A stretch of DNA of 64,000 nucleotides, from assembly GCA_000002435.2 (NCBI GenBank), contig CM018791.1; one strand, given 5' to 3'. This DNA is from Giardia intestinalis (lineage: Eukaryota). Position 1 is the first letter of the stretch, and every line of letters starts with the position of its first letter. This document shows, in pieces, positions 8,801 through 23,800 of the stretch. The notes beneath the pieces were generated by a model. That model saw nothing but the letters and a program-made list of their open reading frames with translations, did not search any database and was not told the origin of the DNA. The translations under genes and the position numbers were made by a program.

Positions 8801-11800
8801 TTTGAGACAAACACATTTGACGAAATACTAGACAATCCCAGGCGCATAACCTTCTTGCCCAAATGGCCACTCTTCATCCGGGGAATCTTGGAAGCTGTGG
8901 CAATCATCAATAGATTCATAACAGCAACGGATCTTTCCATGCATTCGGAGATTCTCACAAACGTTGCCCTTCGAGATGATAAGTTGCGGTACAACATGAA
9001 CAAGTTGGCACTGCTTCATAGCCTAAGCTCAGACATAGGGCTGAAGGCTCTTAAAGCTTGGCTAAAGGATTCATTAGAACACTGTCACCAACTTAAGTGC
9101 TTTGTTCTACGCTTGTCGGAACAGTGTGCGCCATCCATGCTATCATTGTATATGTCGGATACGCTCTTTAATTCTTTAGCAAAGGCCTTACTCAGTCGCG
9201 TGACCGTGACTTATGAAGTTAATGCCCCACAGCATGCTTTGCAATTTGCTTTAGAGCTGGAGCTGCTTGGTCGCTTTGGGATTTTGAGGATTACAGAGCC
9301 TTTTATGTGTCGCTTTCTATTGAAGGAGGATTTTCTTTCGCTAATTGATGTAATCTATACAGAGTTGCAGAATCCCGAGGACCCTCTAGAGACACTACTT
9401 GTTGGAGCTTCGTTCGTGGGAGAGAGTGTCAATACTCCTGAGCACGAGAGACTCTCAGTGGAGTTGCTATCACAATCATTCTCTGGGCCTACCGATTCAA
9501 TCTCTAGCAGTGCCAGTGCTGGAAGCGAACTTCGAAGACCCCTACTCTCCAAGTCTGAACCAGGCCTTGACCATAACTTAGCAGCATTACATGCGTCTTC
9601 ACAGGAGCAAGCAAGACCAAGTAATATCTTATTCGCCAAAGTTTTTATTAGTAACTATGCTTCCATAGTCTCTAGAGTTAAGGTGCTTGTGTCTCTTGTA
9701 CATGAGATTCTTCGCACCCGTAGACGCTATTCGAATATACTATTTGCAAACCCATTTCTCCTATTATTTGCAGGGTCGCATTACATTTTGATAGAAAAGG
9801 AGTTGGAGCTGTTCGCCGCTAAGTTTGATTGGCTTTCCACCGAGTTTCAGGTGACCGCTGAGCGCGTCTACAAGGCCGTCCACAAACTGGACAGCTTTGT
9901 TATTGCCCTTCAGTTCATTATGAAGGGTGTTCTTCGCCCCATTTTTAGAGAGCTTCGCAAACCAGCAGCAATTCAGAGGTCTGGTAATAAGCAATGCTCA
10001 CTTGCAGAACTAGAAACAGGACTCATGAAATATGCCCTTCAGCGAAATCTCTTCGTAGATGCTTCTGTCAATCGTCTTATTGACGCTATCAACCGATGCC
10101 AATCGATTCACGATGAATATTATCCATCTGGAAAGCTAGCTCTACACTACTATTCTCTCTTTGTCTACATTCTAGGTCCACTTAGACAGAGCCAAGTACT
10201 AGACCGAGCCGGAATAACCGACAGCGAAGCAAGAACCATGTTTTCTAATGCACAGAGCTCGCTTCAAGAAGTATACAAGCAAGCTGTTGTTCATCCAACG
10301 GAAGTCCTTACCATTTGTCGCCATGTGCAGATCATGCTTCACGAGGAGCTGTATGCGGTTGTAAAGACCCAGATTTCTCAGGCACTCTTATACCATATTG
10401 AAAAGCTCTCATCTTCGCTGTTACACGTCATTATAAATCCACAGACGGGGCCTGTCATTTTGTTGACGTTAAACAGGACTGCTTCAACATTTACCACCAG
10501 CCCCGATTATACACTGCTGCCAATAATCATATACACTATTATATCTAGCCTTAAAGTTATCCTGAGCTCGGCGATTCATTCTGCGTGCAGCCGAGTGAGA
10601 GCAAATCTGAGCTTGCCAGGGATGGCGGGGGCCTACAAATCGGTAGAGTCAAATCCACTCATTATGCGTTATGAACCTGAGTCCAAAAATCCCTTTGATA
10701 TCTGCAATATAGATGATGATCCTCTTGTGCGTGCCGTCAAACTGGAACACATGTCTCCAGCACCCCACTTAAGATCGAAGTCTGTCACGCCTCTGTCCCG
10801 CTCCAGAGAGCTTCGTGAACAGCTCCTGACATCCCCCTGTCCACGGTCTTTGAGTCAATCGATTGCACGCAGATCTGCTATGTTCGAAGAACTGGCCATC
10901 CTGAGCGCCATACAACACGAGACCGATATTGGGGATAATTCGATAAGTCTTTTGCAAACGTATACCAAAGTAGATAGCGTCATAGTCGAGCAGAATATCG
11001 ACTATGTCGAACTATTAGGTGTGTCCCGAGACACGTATGAGCTTTCGCAAGCCTTGCGAATATATGGCACCTTTCATGAGCTATTGATCTTCGTCAAGAA
11101 GCTTATTCGGTCCTTTGATGCAGCGTCTTCGTCGTTCTCAGTCGCACAAAAGACGTGTCAGCAACAGCTTCTTGCTGGGGCTACTGATGCGACACAAGGT
11201 AACTATCTGGAGGCATATCATGAGATGATTCGGGCAGCTTCACTGTCTAACCGAACCATCGGCACACTGATGGAGGCGCATCCTTTGACTACTTTCTACG
11301 CCAAGAATCCTGTCGGCTCCGTGGTTAAGATAAAAGCCTTACATAACTTCCAGGACACCGGCTACCTATTTAGCCGTCTGTCTCTTCTGGAGAACGACCT
11401 GCACTTGACACTGCAAGCAATAACTCTTCTTGACGTTCTCAGCATTGAGCTGATCAAGCTGAGCGATGCAGCTGCTGGCGTGCTCGACAGCAGAGACGCA
11501 ATCCAGATGATCAAGCATGACCTGGATACCAAGCGGCTCTCGGAGGCCCACAGCTTTCGCCTGAAGCTGATGCTCTTTGTAGAGACGCTCTATGATGTAT
11601 TCAAGCGGCTGTCTCCGGAGCTTGTTCTCAAAATAGAACAGGACGTCTCGTTTGACTACCTTTCTCGCGTGCTTCACGGTATAAAGACCTTTGAAATCCT
11701 CAATAATATAGTTCTTGACTTTGTGCAGGTCTTAGAGCATCTCTTGGAATTCATTCCAGAGCGTGCTTATTATCACGAGAGGCTAGAGCTGCTCTTTCCT

Positions 11801-14800
11801 TTGGATGACATGTTTATCGGAAATATTAATCTTCTCTCTGTTAACATTACTAAGGTAACGAACGATGTGCGAACATTTATTAAAGAAAAGTACCCAAAGT
11901 TCACAGAGTCCATAATTACGCAAATAAAGTACAGCTACGGGGACTGCCAACTACTAAGAAACTATCTTACGGAAGCATCTCCGTGCTCAAATGTTTTCAA
12001 ATCGTTTGGAGAACTGTGGGGACAACGATACCTGGTCCAGCTAAAGCCGTACCTACTTTCCAATATTACTGAGTTTACGTGGGGGAGCACCAATCTGTAT
12101 CGGCAGATGTCTGACTATAACCCCGACGTTCCGTCATGTGACGAGTCCACCAGTTTATTCAATAGTTCTGGCAGCGAGTGCGAAGATAATTGTGACATAG
12201 AGGGGAATGGCTCACGGCAAACACTTATTCACGGATCAGGCAACACCGTGGATGCCGCGACTTCTAGTATCTTGCCATCGACCAAATTCTCTTCGCGCAC
12301 AACGTTTCTAGATGAGGATTCAACAAAGTTGCTGTACAAGCGTGGAAGACACGAGCTCTCCTTGCGCAAAGCTCCTCAGCGATTCCGCGGAGTGTCTCCG
12401 GCTCAACGAGATCCGGAAGAAAGCTACTCGGACACATTTAAGCATGACTTTGAACCACTGGATGCGGCAACAGATGTGCAACCTTACAACTTCTTAAGCA
12501 TAAATATTCGATGCATGCTCGCTGACATCCATAATGTGCACACAAAGGCGCTCAGCGCAGAGTTGATCCACCAGTTCAGGCACGCATTGTTTTCATGTAT
12601 CAAGCCGTTAGGAGAAGAGACCTACTATATTGTAAGCAACGTGTTCAAAGAGGCTCTATGCCTGCCTCAGTTTACAGAAATATGCGTGACTGACACTGAT
12701 ATCGCAAGCATTCTTCCCTCTTCAGAGAACCCCGTCCAGGGTTTATCGCGTAGCAGTCTTAGCCTTCTTCTCAGAAATGAGATCACACACGCTCTCGCAG
12801 ACAGAAGCCTGGGCTCCGCTCTAGGAGGTTCTTCAGATGCCACCGCTTCTAGCCGCCCCACAAAGCCGCTGTGGGTAAGGTTGGTATCGTTCCACACCTT
12901 TCCTAAGGATGACACACGTTTCCTGAGCTCTATTGACTACGATAAATATGTTTATTGCATACAACTTAATGACTCTGATGCCATTCCAACAAACGAGTCT
13001 ATTCAGAAATTTCTCGAGACATACGTGGTATTGCGGAGTTCACCTAATAAGAAAGCGAACCGCATACGGCTCAATAATGTCACCACTATCTCTGAAAGTC
13101 TCTTGTTAATGAATTCTTCAGGCGAATCACACTCTTCAGACAGCAATGACACAGACGATGTGGTGGATCAAGAGCCATATACACAACTATATAAGCTGGC
13201 TATTTGCAATGATGGATCAGCTTGTGCTTCATCGGAGAAGGATGCACACCACAAGGAGACTATTCTGCAGGAACATGGTCTGCACACGATCCCCACCGTC
13301 TTCGGTTCCTACTCTCTTCGCGGATTTATAATTGTCGTCTGGGAGATCACCCAAGTTAATACGCGAGAATATCGCCACCCACCTTTTCTATCCTTTACCA
13401 TGGCGAAGAAGCTCAAGGAGCGACTCTTCGAGAGCATTTTACAATCTAATATTCTCATCCTCCAGCTCAATGAAAAGCTGGAGACATGCACGAAGATTGC
13501 TACCGCGGTTAAAGTTCACGGCTGTCTGGAATTCCTTTCGAAGATACCGGCAGACCAGTATCGCCGCATCCGCGCGGATATCTCGTGCACAAAAGGATTG
13601 CTTGTGCTTTTCACAAGGTTCATCAATCTCATTCTGATCCTCTATAGTTGTTCCTGGAAGATTCTCACCGCAGAAGTAGACTTTTCACTCACTACTCCTG
13701 AAGGACTGATGGCTATAGGAGAGGGTGTATCTCCAGCCTATGAGCAACTCAGAGAGATAGGATCGTCTATCCCAGGGAAGCTCAGTAACCAGATAGCGTC
13801 CATGTCGGCGCTTATGACTGCTATCTACTCGTTGTGGACAGATTATTCTGTTCTCAAAAGGGCCGTGCATGTTCTGCAGACCACCAAATCCAGAATAGAG
13901 GGAATCTCTACATATGATATGACACCCACCGTAGAGCAAGACTCTGTTTTCCTCAATGACTTCTACATCCAAATCCTCACGAACGAGCTTCTGCACAGCA
14001 ACCCTAGTCTGATCAGAAACTCGGGAGAACGCGGGAAATTTACTGCTGGCGGTGTGGAGGGCCTTGATTGTCAACTTCAGGAGAAGATTGATGGAACTTT
14101 TCGAGGAAAGGTGATGATTGGAAAATTTCTATTGACATATCTGCAGCTTTTCTTCTCTTATGCCATGACTATCTCTCTCATGCCATTCCGGCACGAGATT
14201 TCTCACAGGTATTACGAAGTTGCCGGGGAGCTTCTCAGTCTATGCTGCCTGTATAGGGACTTCTTTATACCGCCCCTCAGCACCATGCTGTCCTCTAGAG
14301 TTAAAATCGATCTTTTTACTGAATTGTGCACCACTTGCCTGGAGCCAGCAGATAGTCTAGAAGCACTACCCCTTGGGTGCTATGTTGACACCCTGTTTAC
14401 CCACGAGAACATTGAGTATATTGATAGATACACCTCTGAGGCAAAAGAAACCACCGCTGTGCTGCTCGACTATCATGCACTGCTAACTGAGCATAAGGCC
14501 GTGCTCTCCATTGCGACGTCTAACTATTGGTGCTTCTTCAATGGATTCGAAAATTCTGTGCTTACGCCCATATCTTGCCTCATACTGCTTAGGGAAGAAA
14601 AGGTTCAACATCTTTGCAATCTGATTCTCAAAGTCAAGCATCGTTTGCAGTCCATTGTAACCCGCTTTAACCGCTTCAGGTCGCTCCTCTGCACATCACC
14701 CGAATATCGGTCGCTCCTCGATGTTTATACCAGAACGAATCTGCTGCTGAAACTCCTATCTCTGATGAAGAAATCTGGCCATCAAATCGAGAGCGTGCTC

Positions 14801-17800
14801 AAGGCTGCTCTTCTTATACGTGCAGACGTGCCTGCCCGTCTTTCATCTGAGCAGTGCACTAGAAGATATGCACCAAACTACTTTGATATCGTTGACGAGA
14901 GAGTTTGGGACGCAGGCCACATTCCGCTGCTTTTCAATGTAGATCAATACAAGGCTATCTCAAATACTCATCTTCAACTGACTGCTAAGCCAAGGGTCAG
15001 TGCTGCTGGACATCAGGAGAGTGACCTTACAGTCTCAGGAAGCTTAAGCGTAACAAGCATCCACAGCGGGCCAGATGCATCCGTTGTAACATCTGAGTAT
15101 GATAGGCATCAGGACATGTCTCCGTCAAATTCTTTGGGCAGTGAGCTTCGGGTGGCAGAGCTCCTCGCCATGGCAAAGCCCCGGGCACCTCTAGATAGCC
15201 CATTTGAACCCAATGACTTGAAGGACACACAATTATACAGCACAAACATCTTTCTAAATCAAAGTAATGCAGTAAGGACCGTGCCATGCTATATAAAAGA
15301 CCCCGGTACTAATCTAATCTCAATTCATCCTCTAATCAAGTCGCTCAGCACACAATTTACAGCTCTGGCTCCTCAATCTGCAAGCTCCACAGAGGCCCGC
15401 CCATTCTTGCTTCAGTGCGAAACTTCTTTGTCAGGAGTCGAAGAGAATTATGCGTTTACCAAACACTCCACTATTGCGGCTCCAGACCGTCCACTCTCCA
15501 ATGACCAGTTCAAGCAATACCTATCCGCAGCCCCTGAGACCTCTTTTCCCTACGAAGAGGTCAACAATGTCTATGTGCGATGGCCGAGCATCTTTACCAA
15601 GGTCAATGCTGACCTTTCTTCGTCTGGATCTGGAGTTGTTAGCATCAAGTACACTATAACAGAACTTGAGTCGTTTATTTCAGCGGCTGAAATATCTTTT
15701 GCGGCCTTCTTTGATCGTTGGAGACGCTTCTATCCTCCTCTACTTTCATTGAGTGACGCCGAAATGCTTCAGCTCTATACCTATACCTACGACAAAAACG
15801 TCTTGATGGATGAGTCATATTACGCCCTGCTTACCTCCAACAATCACCTGTACATTGCTCCCTTGGAATTTGAGTCAGAGTTGACGCAAAAGCACTTTGC
15901 ATATTGTAATAAGTTTAGGGAGAAACTATCTATGGCAGAGTTTTATATGCTGCCCAACCATATGCAGGCTATTTTGGGAAAGTTGTTTCCAATCTCACAC
16001 ATGAGTCAAAGCCCTGGCAATGCCAAAGGCATCTATAGATCTCTGACTTACTACAGTAAGCGAACATCTCTGCAGATTCTTGGCTTTGTCTACGGGATGT
16101 CAAGACGGTGCATTCTTGGTACCTTTCTTTCAGATATGTCTGTGCTGTTATTCACTCAGAAAATTGTGTGCTCTGTCGACGTAGATGATAGAATAGATCC
16201 TGTAAGCTGCTCTGAACTGTTTTACACAACGTTGATGCCAAAGTGTACGGATGATTCAGACTTCCATGCCCGCCCGACTATTCCTCTATCAACGTTTGTT
16301 GTTTTGCCGTACATAGATCAAGAGATAAAAGCATCCATCAAGTATCTCTGTGTCACCTATGCGTGTAGGTACAATCTTGTCCAGACAGATTCGTTTATAA
16401 ACTACCTTACCACGACAATCTCCATTGGGCAGGATATCAAGACCCCAGACAACTTTATTTCGGCGCTCTTTAACCCTGATCCAGCCGTGTTTACTTCATT
16501 TGCGAAGCGCTTGCTGGTTTCTATCCTCGATTTGCAGCCTATCTCCAAGCTCAAGGCATTTGTGAAAGAAGAGTTTTTATTAGCCATAGGCCATTTACCG
16601 GATTGCATTATAATTGATTTGATATTGTGTCGATACACCCTTTTAATCTCCAATTATTTATTGAGCTATTCAATCTCCTATAAGGAAGGTCAAGCTGACC
16701 CCACCAAAACCTTCATAGAAATAGTTGATGAGCTTCACTACTATTCCCGTATATTCTTCCAGCACAGGATCCCCTATCTCCGTGTTGTCATTGAGAGTCT
16801 TTTGCAAGGAGCCTTTGCGATATATAGAAATCACCATGGCCTTCTGGATCTCCTACTAAAAGTTGCCCAATCCGTAGAGCAAGCAGTCAATGATCTCAAA
16901 ATCACTCCACTTTCTGTCTTTATTCACGATCGGTGTACGCTGCTCCTGGCCACGACTCCAGACAATGACTTGGTCGGCGATATCCATGACATCTTTTTAA
17001 GGGCCTCATCGCTCCTTCACCTCCACATGATAGAGCAGGCCCACGCCCAAGATACAGCAATTCACGAGCTTGCATGGGCACTTACTGTTCTATTAGGTGA
17101 GGAGCTTGCTAAATCGACAATAGATTCCAGTGCTAGGTGCATACAAATAGACGCGTCTCTTATTCCCGATGTTACTAGCAAACTGCCGCCCGTACAGATA
17201 GATTTCCCGGACACACGTGGCCTTCTTGCTGGCCTTCTTTTCGGTTACATTGAGCGGCTCCCTACGCCCCTCGTTCTGAAGAGTGCTCCTTCTGTGGAAT
17301 ATATAACAAAACCTCCCAGGTGCTGTTCTCTGGGGGGCTCAGTTATTCCAGACCAGTTGCGCAGCTATATGACTAGCACAGATACAGGTCCGCCTGACTT
17401 TGTGCCTGATCTCTACAGAGAACCTGTCGCCAATCACCACCTATATTCGTATGATGATCCTCTGGTACAGTTGTCCACCTCGTCCTTGTGCAGGTTGTCG
17501 TCTTTTCGTCTTCTTGTTAGAGTGGCGTACGCTTTGGAACTGAAAGAGTTTAACTTAATCTGTCCACACCCAGGGCTCTACTGCTCGTGGATTGTTAGGA
17601 ATACAATAGCTGAGTACACGCTTTGCTCCGTTATCAATAAGGTGTATCGCTGGCCAGATCTATACAGCACTGTCTATACTCCCGAGAATGTCCGACTGTC
17701 CATTTACTTCTTCTCTCTCTTGACAGGGCATTACCTGATTGACAATGAGTCCGATTTATATTCTACCACAGCCGCGTTCCTGCAGAAGCAGGTGGGGGAT

Positions 17801-20800
17801 CTTTGGAGGTCTCTCATATGTGGTAATTACATCATTCTTAGGCAGGAATATATGTACAAACTTAACTCACTACTGATCGGCCTTTATACGAGTATTTCAG
17901 AATTTTCAGGCACACCTCTGACAAGAAAGATGTACCGACAGTCCAACAATATAGGGGTCTTGAACGTTGGCCAATCTAGTCGAGCCTTTATTGCTAACAA
18001 TATCAATCTCATGGTTGTTCCTTTTGAATTGCGTCGGACAGATGTCACTGAATTTTCCGCTACATGTCCAACTGTTATAGGGCCTCTTTCCCGAGTGCTT
18101 GTATTCGGCACGACACCACTAAAGGACACGCGTTATGCGGACTATATTATTGACTGCCTTTTTCCTCCTTCATCGGGCTTAGCTAGATCTAAACTTGTTG
18201 ACAGATACGCATTAGTGGATGAAGCAAGAAAGAGAAGTACCGATGTGACCAGGCCCTCACTCACTGAAGCCTTCAATCTTCTTCCAGTTTCAATATTTGA
18301 GTATTTAGATAAGGCTGATTCTGAGAAGGACCAGTGCTCACCTAGTAGCAAAGCAGCTCTTGATCCGCACACTGAGCGCAACATGGATGTTACGCTTTTT
18401 ACACTATTTGCTCTGTATAATTGCATGGCAGTGTACTGCAAGGTCAAACCAGATTGCAGCGTAATTGACGAGCTGTGCACTTCTCTTGCACAGAAGATTG
18501 TCAGAGTCCTTAGTGTCTTTCATCGGCTTATGGCAACGCCTCCAGATTCCGGACTTCTTGGTGCTGCGACAGTTTTGAGCAGACCAATCATGGAGCTGTG
18601 CATAGCCATCTCCCTGAACCTCATGCGGATGCAGTGTACTGCGGAGCATATTGAAGATGAAGCTTTATCTCTTCTAGCCCTGCTAACTCCAGCTGGAAGC
18701 ACATCGCTGAGCAAACGAATGCTTAATCGTCTGTCATCAGATGCCACCACTCTGGAAAGGGACGAAGCGTTTCTTCGCCTTCTGAAGAGACTATTCCAGA
18801 ATAGCGACGCTCATCTCACTCCATTTGGCAAGGCTGTATGTGCTCATCCACTGGCGGCATTTCTCATGCTAACAAATTACGCCGACACAAGTCTTCTCAA
18901 TGATTTAAGTCTGCCACAAGCCCATCCATGCTATTCTATAGTCGCTCTCACTTCTAATCCCTTTGTCCAAATTGGCTACGCCAGACTTTTGCGTCCATAT
19001 TCTCCGCAGATTGATCGCCTCCAACACGTTTACAGTGTAGCCGATGTTCCTATTGTTGCTCTTATCAGTAAGGTACATAGAGATATGTGCCGCTCTCCCG
19101 CTGTCAAGATACAGGACGAATCTGCGCCTCTGCCGCCAGGACAGCTTAGACATGCTTTGTTTCAGAAATACATCCTGTGCGAGGAGATCCGAGCAGATGG
19201 AAGCGTTGACGTGAAGGTTAACTATCTGTATATCTCTCTCATCTATAGAAGGTTGTTGCAGCTGGCTCAGTTAACAGGTCCACCTGAGATTGTGCTGTCT
19301 GGACAAGTAGTTCTGTTTATCTTAATGATCTATAAGCTCGCTCGGATGCTTTCTTTCAACTTTAGATACATTCTTGTAACAAATGCCTCGAATTCTAACA
19401 CCCTTTATTTGATGACGGAAATAGCCGCGTCTGTCTCGTGCGAAATTGAAGCTAAACCATACTACAGCCCGAATTTCTATATGTGTAAGCAACTCAAACA
19501 GTTGTCTGCTCCTACTCCATGCCCCAAGTACGAAGCCACTGAGCAGCTTGAGCAAATAATTCACCAACGTTATGCACAAGAGAGCACATCGAACCAAGGA
19601 GGTTGCTTGTCCAGTATTCTATCTCCTCTTGCTTCTCGTCGCGCTGTAGCTACACCAGTAATGTCTCAGCCAGAGCCTCCTCGTACGCAGCTAAGAAAAT
19701 CTGGCTTGCAGACTGTGCACCTTCACAACTCAGACCTCAGCGCTGATACGCCGTCCAGCGAGACGTCTAGTTTTACTGACCAGTCCCAGACTGTTGCACA
19801 TCAGCTTCCTTTTGATGCAGCCGGGGGGACGCGTAGGTTTAAACAGTTAGTTGGTACACGGTTGATGAGCTCGCAGCCAGGAGGCTTTGCTTTTTCCTCG
19901 AAAACTGATAACAGCATTGGAGCAGGCGCAGAAAGAAAGCGTAGCTTCCGAAGTAGCTCTGCTTCGGTGATATCCGGCTTCAAGTCGTCAGCAAGAAGTT
20001 TGTCTCGCGGTATAACAAACCAAAGCGTTGATAGGTCGTCGCACTCCATGAAGCGTAAAAGGTCTGCAAGCACAGGGCATCTTTCGTCTTTTGCTAAAGA
20101 AGTCGAGGGAGATACTAGTTTATTATTGAAGACCAAAGATGCAGGGCTGACGTCTTGGTCTGTCCAAAGTGTGTGTCTTGAGTTTCCACGTCGATTCTTT
20201 ACGCGGTTTGCGCCAAAGATCCTTGAGGCCACTAATCAGAACGCAATGGGTAGCGTTAGCTTCTATGACACGCTGACTGGGGAACGGCTTTCTGACATTA
20301 GCGAAGGAAATCATAGAAGGAGCTTGGAACTAACTTTAGAAGATTCTATTGCTAATCTGTATACTCACGATCCGCTTGCAGATTCACAGTCAGCTATTGA
20401 AAAAGAGCAGAATAATACGTTTTCTCAACATGGCAGCCACATGCTAGTTGAGCAATCCAATGGCGCCTTCAATCTGAGTCTTCTCAGAATAGAGTCAAGC
20501 GCTAGAAGAACCTTTGCAAGCCGGATTTTAACGAGCCAAAATGCTGAGACAGATGACTGTCCGCAACTACTTACTTTCACAAATAGTGCCGCCAGGGCCT
20601 ATGATCCTATCTCCCCGGAAGAAGCTACGGTGTTGAACTTTATAGCAGGCCGCCAAGGTCCTCTCTTTATGCCCACTAAGTCTGCAGGTATCAGCAGAGT
20701 TCGTTATATAGCTGTCGGAAGTATCTCGTCAGCGGAGACCATTATGGGCTGGAAGGACTTTACTCCTCAAGTGACGGATGGGCCATATAACAGAATAGCA

Positions 20801-23800
20801 TACCCTGGCAGCAGTGCTTTTTCATTAGATATAGATACTCTCATTACTTGTCTGCCAATTGTTATTTATACTCGTGAAAAGGCAGTCTGGCCGATTTCCA
20901 TACAGGCTCTAACGATCCCTGATGCACTCAACTCTCTAGTGTCTCTTCGACTCTTTCTCACGGATTCCTTACATAATCGGATTTATGGAGAGCAGAATAT
21001 AGAACGGGGACTTTCGAGAGCTCAGCAAGAAGTCTCTCGTGCCGTCACACGACTAGCAAACTCACACCACGTACCCATAATATTACCTCCTCAACCAGGC
21101 ACATTTATCGCTGCACGTGGTGGTGCTCTCCAAGCAGGCAATGAGTCACAAACAAATGAAGGCGCGCATAAAGCAGGCAGTTTAAGTATGAACGTCTATG
21201 GCGGCTCTGTTGTTACCTCGACGGCTGCAGCATCTCATCTCTTTCATGCGCTGACATGCTATGATACTACGAAGAACACATTCCCGTATCTATTTGAGGT
21301 CTACAATGAAACTGTTCTTCAGCACGTATCAGATTGCCTTTGGGCCTATCTCATCCTTCCTCTTCTTCACGAGATATTCATTGTTAACAATCGCAAAAAG
21401 CATTCTAATGATTCCAGCGATATGAGACTGTTTCAAACGCGACACTATGAGTCTTTCGTCGATTACCTTCGGCTGGAATTAGCGGAAATAATCACGCATT
21501 ACACAAATTCTCTCTCTAAGTACCATGTTCTACATGAGAACAAAAGCACATTTATTCTTGTCAATCTCAACACAATTTTTTGCCTGCATCAATCCGAACT
21601 TTACGAACTGTCTAAGATTACACCAAGCACCACTAAACACGAGGCAACCCAGATGTTGCGGGCAGCCCGCTCAGCAATCTCGTCAAGTGACGAGCGGAGA
21701 GCAGACATACTGAAGAATGTTGTGTTCTCGGTTGCATGCTCTGTTTTCAGATATATGTGCACCAAGGCTGCAGTTTCTCCAAAGACATTCGACAAGCTTA
21801 TCAATTACATGCAAATCATTCCTAGCTACAGCATAAACGATCCACTGGAGAAGGTTCTTGCAGAAGCCAATTTAGCCACGAACTACTCTGATTTGCCGGA
21901 AAAATCTGTAACAAAACTCACTTATAATCCCATTAACGATGCATTTAATATGCGTGTAATGGCTCATGTCAACAGAGCGTTGCGCGAACTTTTCCTTTTA
22001 TATCGAGTGGATCCCCCTGCGTCCACAATTAAACAAGATGAAGCCAAGCAGCTGTCTGGCGCAGCTTCCAAAGAGAAAGAGACACGATTTTCTCCATCAG
22101 ATGATTCCCTAGATGACATCCACAAGTTTGAGGACACAGACCTTGAGGTGCACACCAAGGACAGGCGTCCTTCCTATAAGGTTGACTATGAATTAAAGTA
22201 TGAAGTTTCAAACTTCTTTTATGGAGGGCTTTATGGACCCTATCCGTTGATCAATTCTCGCTTCTCACCAGAGCTTCTTTCTTTTGTCCCGTACTGCTTT
22301 CAGGACACGCTGCGGGATGGACATGTCACTAGCTTACCCAAGGAAGCACTTCCTCATGCGCATTTACTAAACAGGATGAAGCGCGCTAAAGGGAGCAGCA
22401 TCTTTCTTGAGAGCTATAAGGCTCCGATTCCTCAATTTCTTAGTTGTGCCTCTGTACTACGTAGTAGAGTGTTGAGCTTCGTGCTGAGCACCACTCAAGC
22501 TTCTTCCGATCCTGTTTTGTTATGTGCTGGAGACTACGAGGCCGATTTGCTTTATCACTGTGGGATAACATCCATCCACCCCGATGAAAACATCTATGGG
22601 TCAACGTCTCATAGTTATCTGATTATGTCCATCGTCGATGAAGACATTCTTTACTCTATTGTCGACTTGACCGAGCACATTTGCAGTCATCACAGTTATG
22701 TCTCATTAATAGGACTTATCATTGTCGTTTCTCAGCAGTTTGTGCAAACAGCTAGGGATTTGCAGTACCTCTACTCGCTCGCACAAACCCTGCCGTCCAT
22801 GATTCATCCCAGAGTCCTCTTGCTTGTTTTTCTCCCGCATAATTTCCTGGAAGCTACACCCTGTCTCCCTTATCGCTACGAAGCGCTGTATGTCCATCCG
22901 CCAACAAGTACCCAGTTGCTTACTGTTGCATCTTACGATCTAATCTATTCAATCGCAGAATCTGACATCGCTTCACGAGACAGTAGGCTTCCACTGAAAT
23001 TCCTGGCAACCTTTGAACCACGTCTCAAGTACGCCAGTTTGCTCACAAAGCAATTACAGGCTGTATTCAGAGACTCCCTTCTCACGCAAAAGGTCCTTGC
23101 GATGGCCTCGAAGCTGATGCTAGATGGGACATTCTTGAATGCACATTCGTTAAGGGTGCCCTCGTGCAGCAATCTTTTGGGGGATATCTTTCTTTTGTCT
23201 GTTAACATAGTCCTGGTGATGCAGAACTATGGTGAAATAGAAGATGCTTCGTTCAAGGAGGCACTACTAGCTGTTATTTATCGATATGTCGTTTCGCCGT
23301 CCCCACGTGACGTTCTGCCGTACTACGATTTTGATGCAGTACCACACACCCTCACTACCATGCCTGCAGATTTTGTCGAGTACGCTGTCAGACTCCTACA
23401 ACCCGGACGGATGTTGCTGGAGTTCTTGCTCCTGGGTGCAGAGAGCTTGGAAAGCGAGTATATCTATACCGCAGTTCTTTCGTCTCTGCGAAGCACTCAG
23501 GTTGCAATTGTAACAGAGGCACAGACCAATGAGTTAGTGGCATCAAACACTCACCTTCTAAGGGTCGGAAAAAGGCCACTTGTCCCTGTATATGCTTCAG
23601 CATCAGCTACATCTGACCTACCAAATTATGGTCAAGCTCTTGTACGTGGTGGCGACCTGCTTCTCTGTAGTGAGGCATATAACGCATCATCCTTCGCTGT
23701 TCACCTGGAGCACTTTGTCTCAACCCGCTGCGTCCGCATGATCCGGCTTTATGCCACGGACAGCGGATCATATATGAAAAGCCTCAAATATGGCCTTCAC

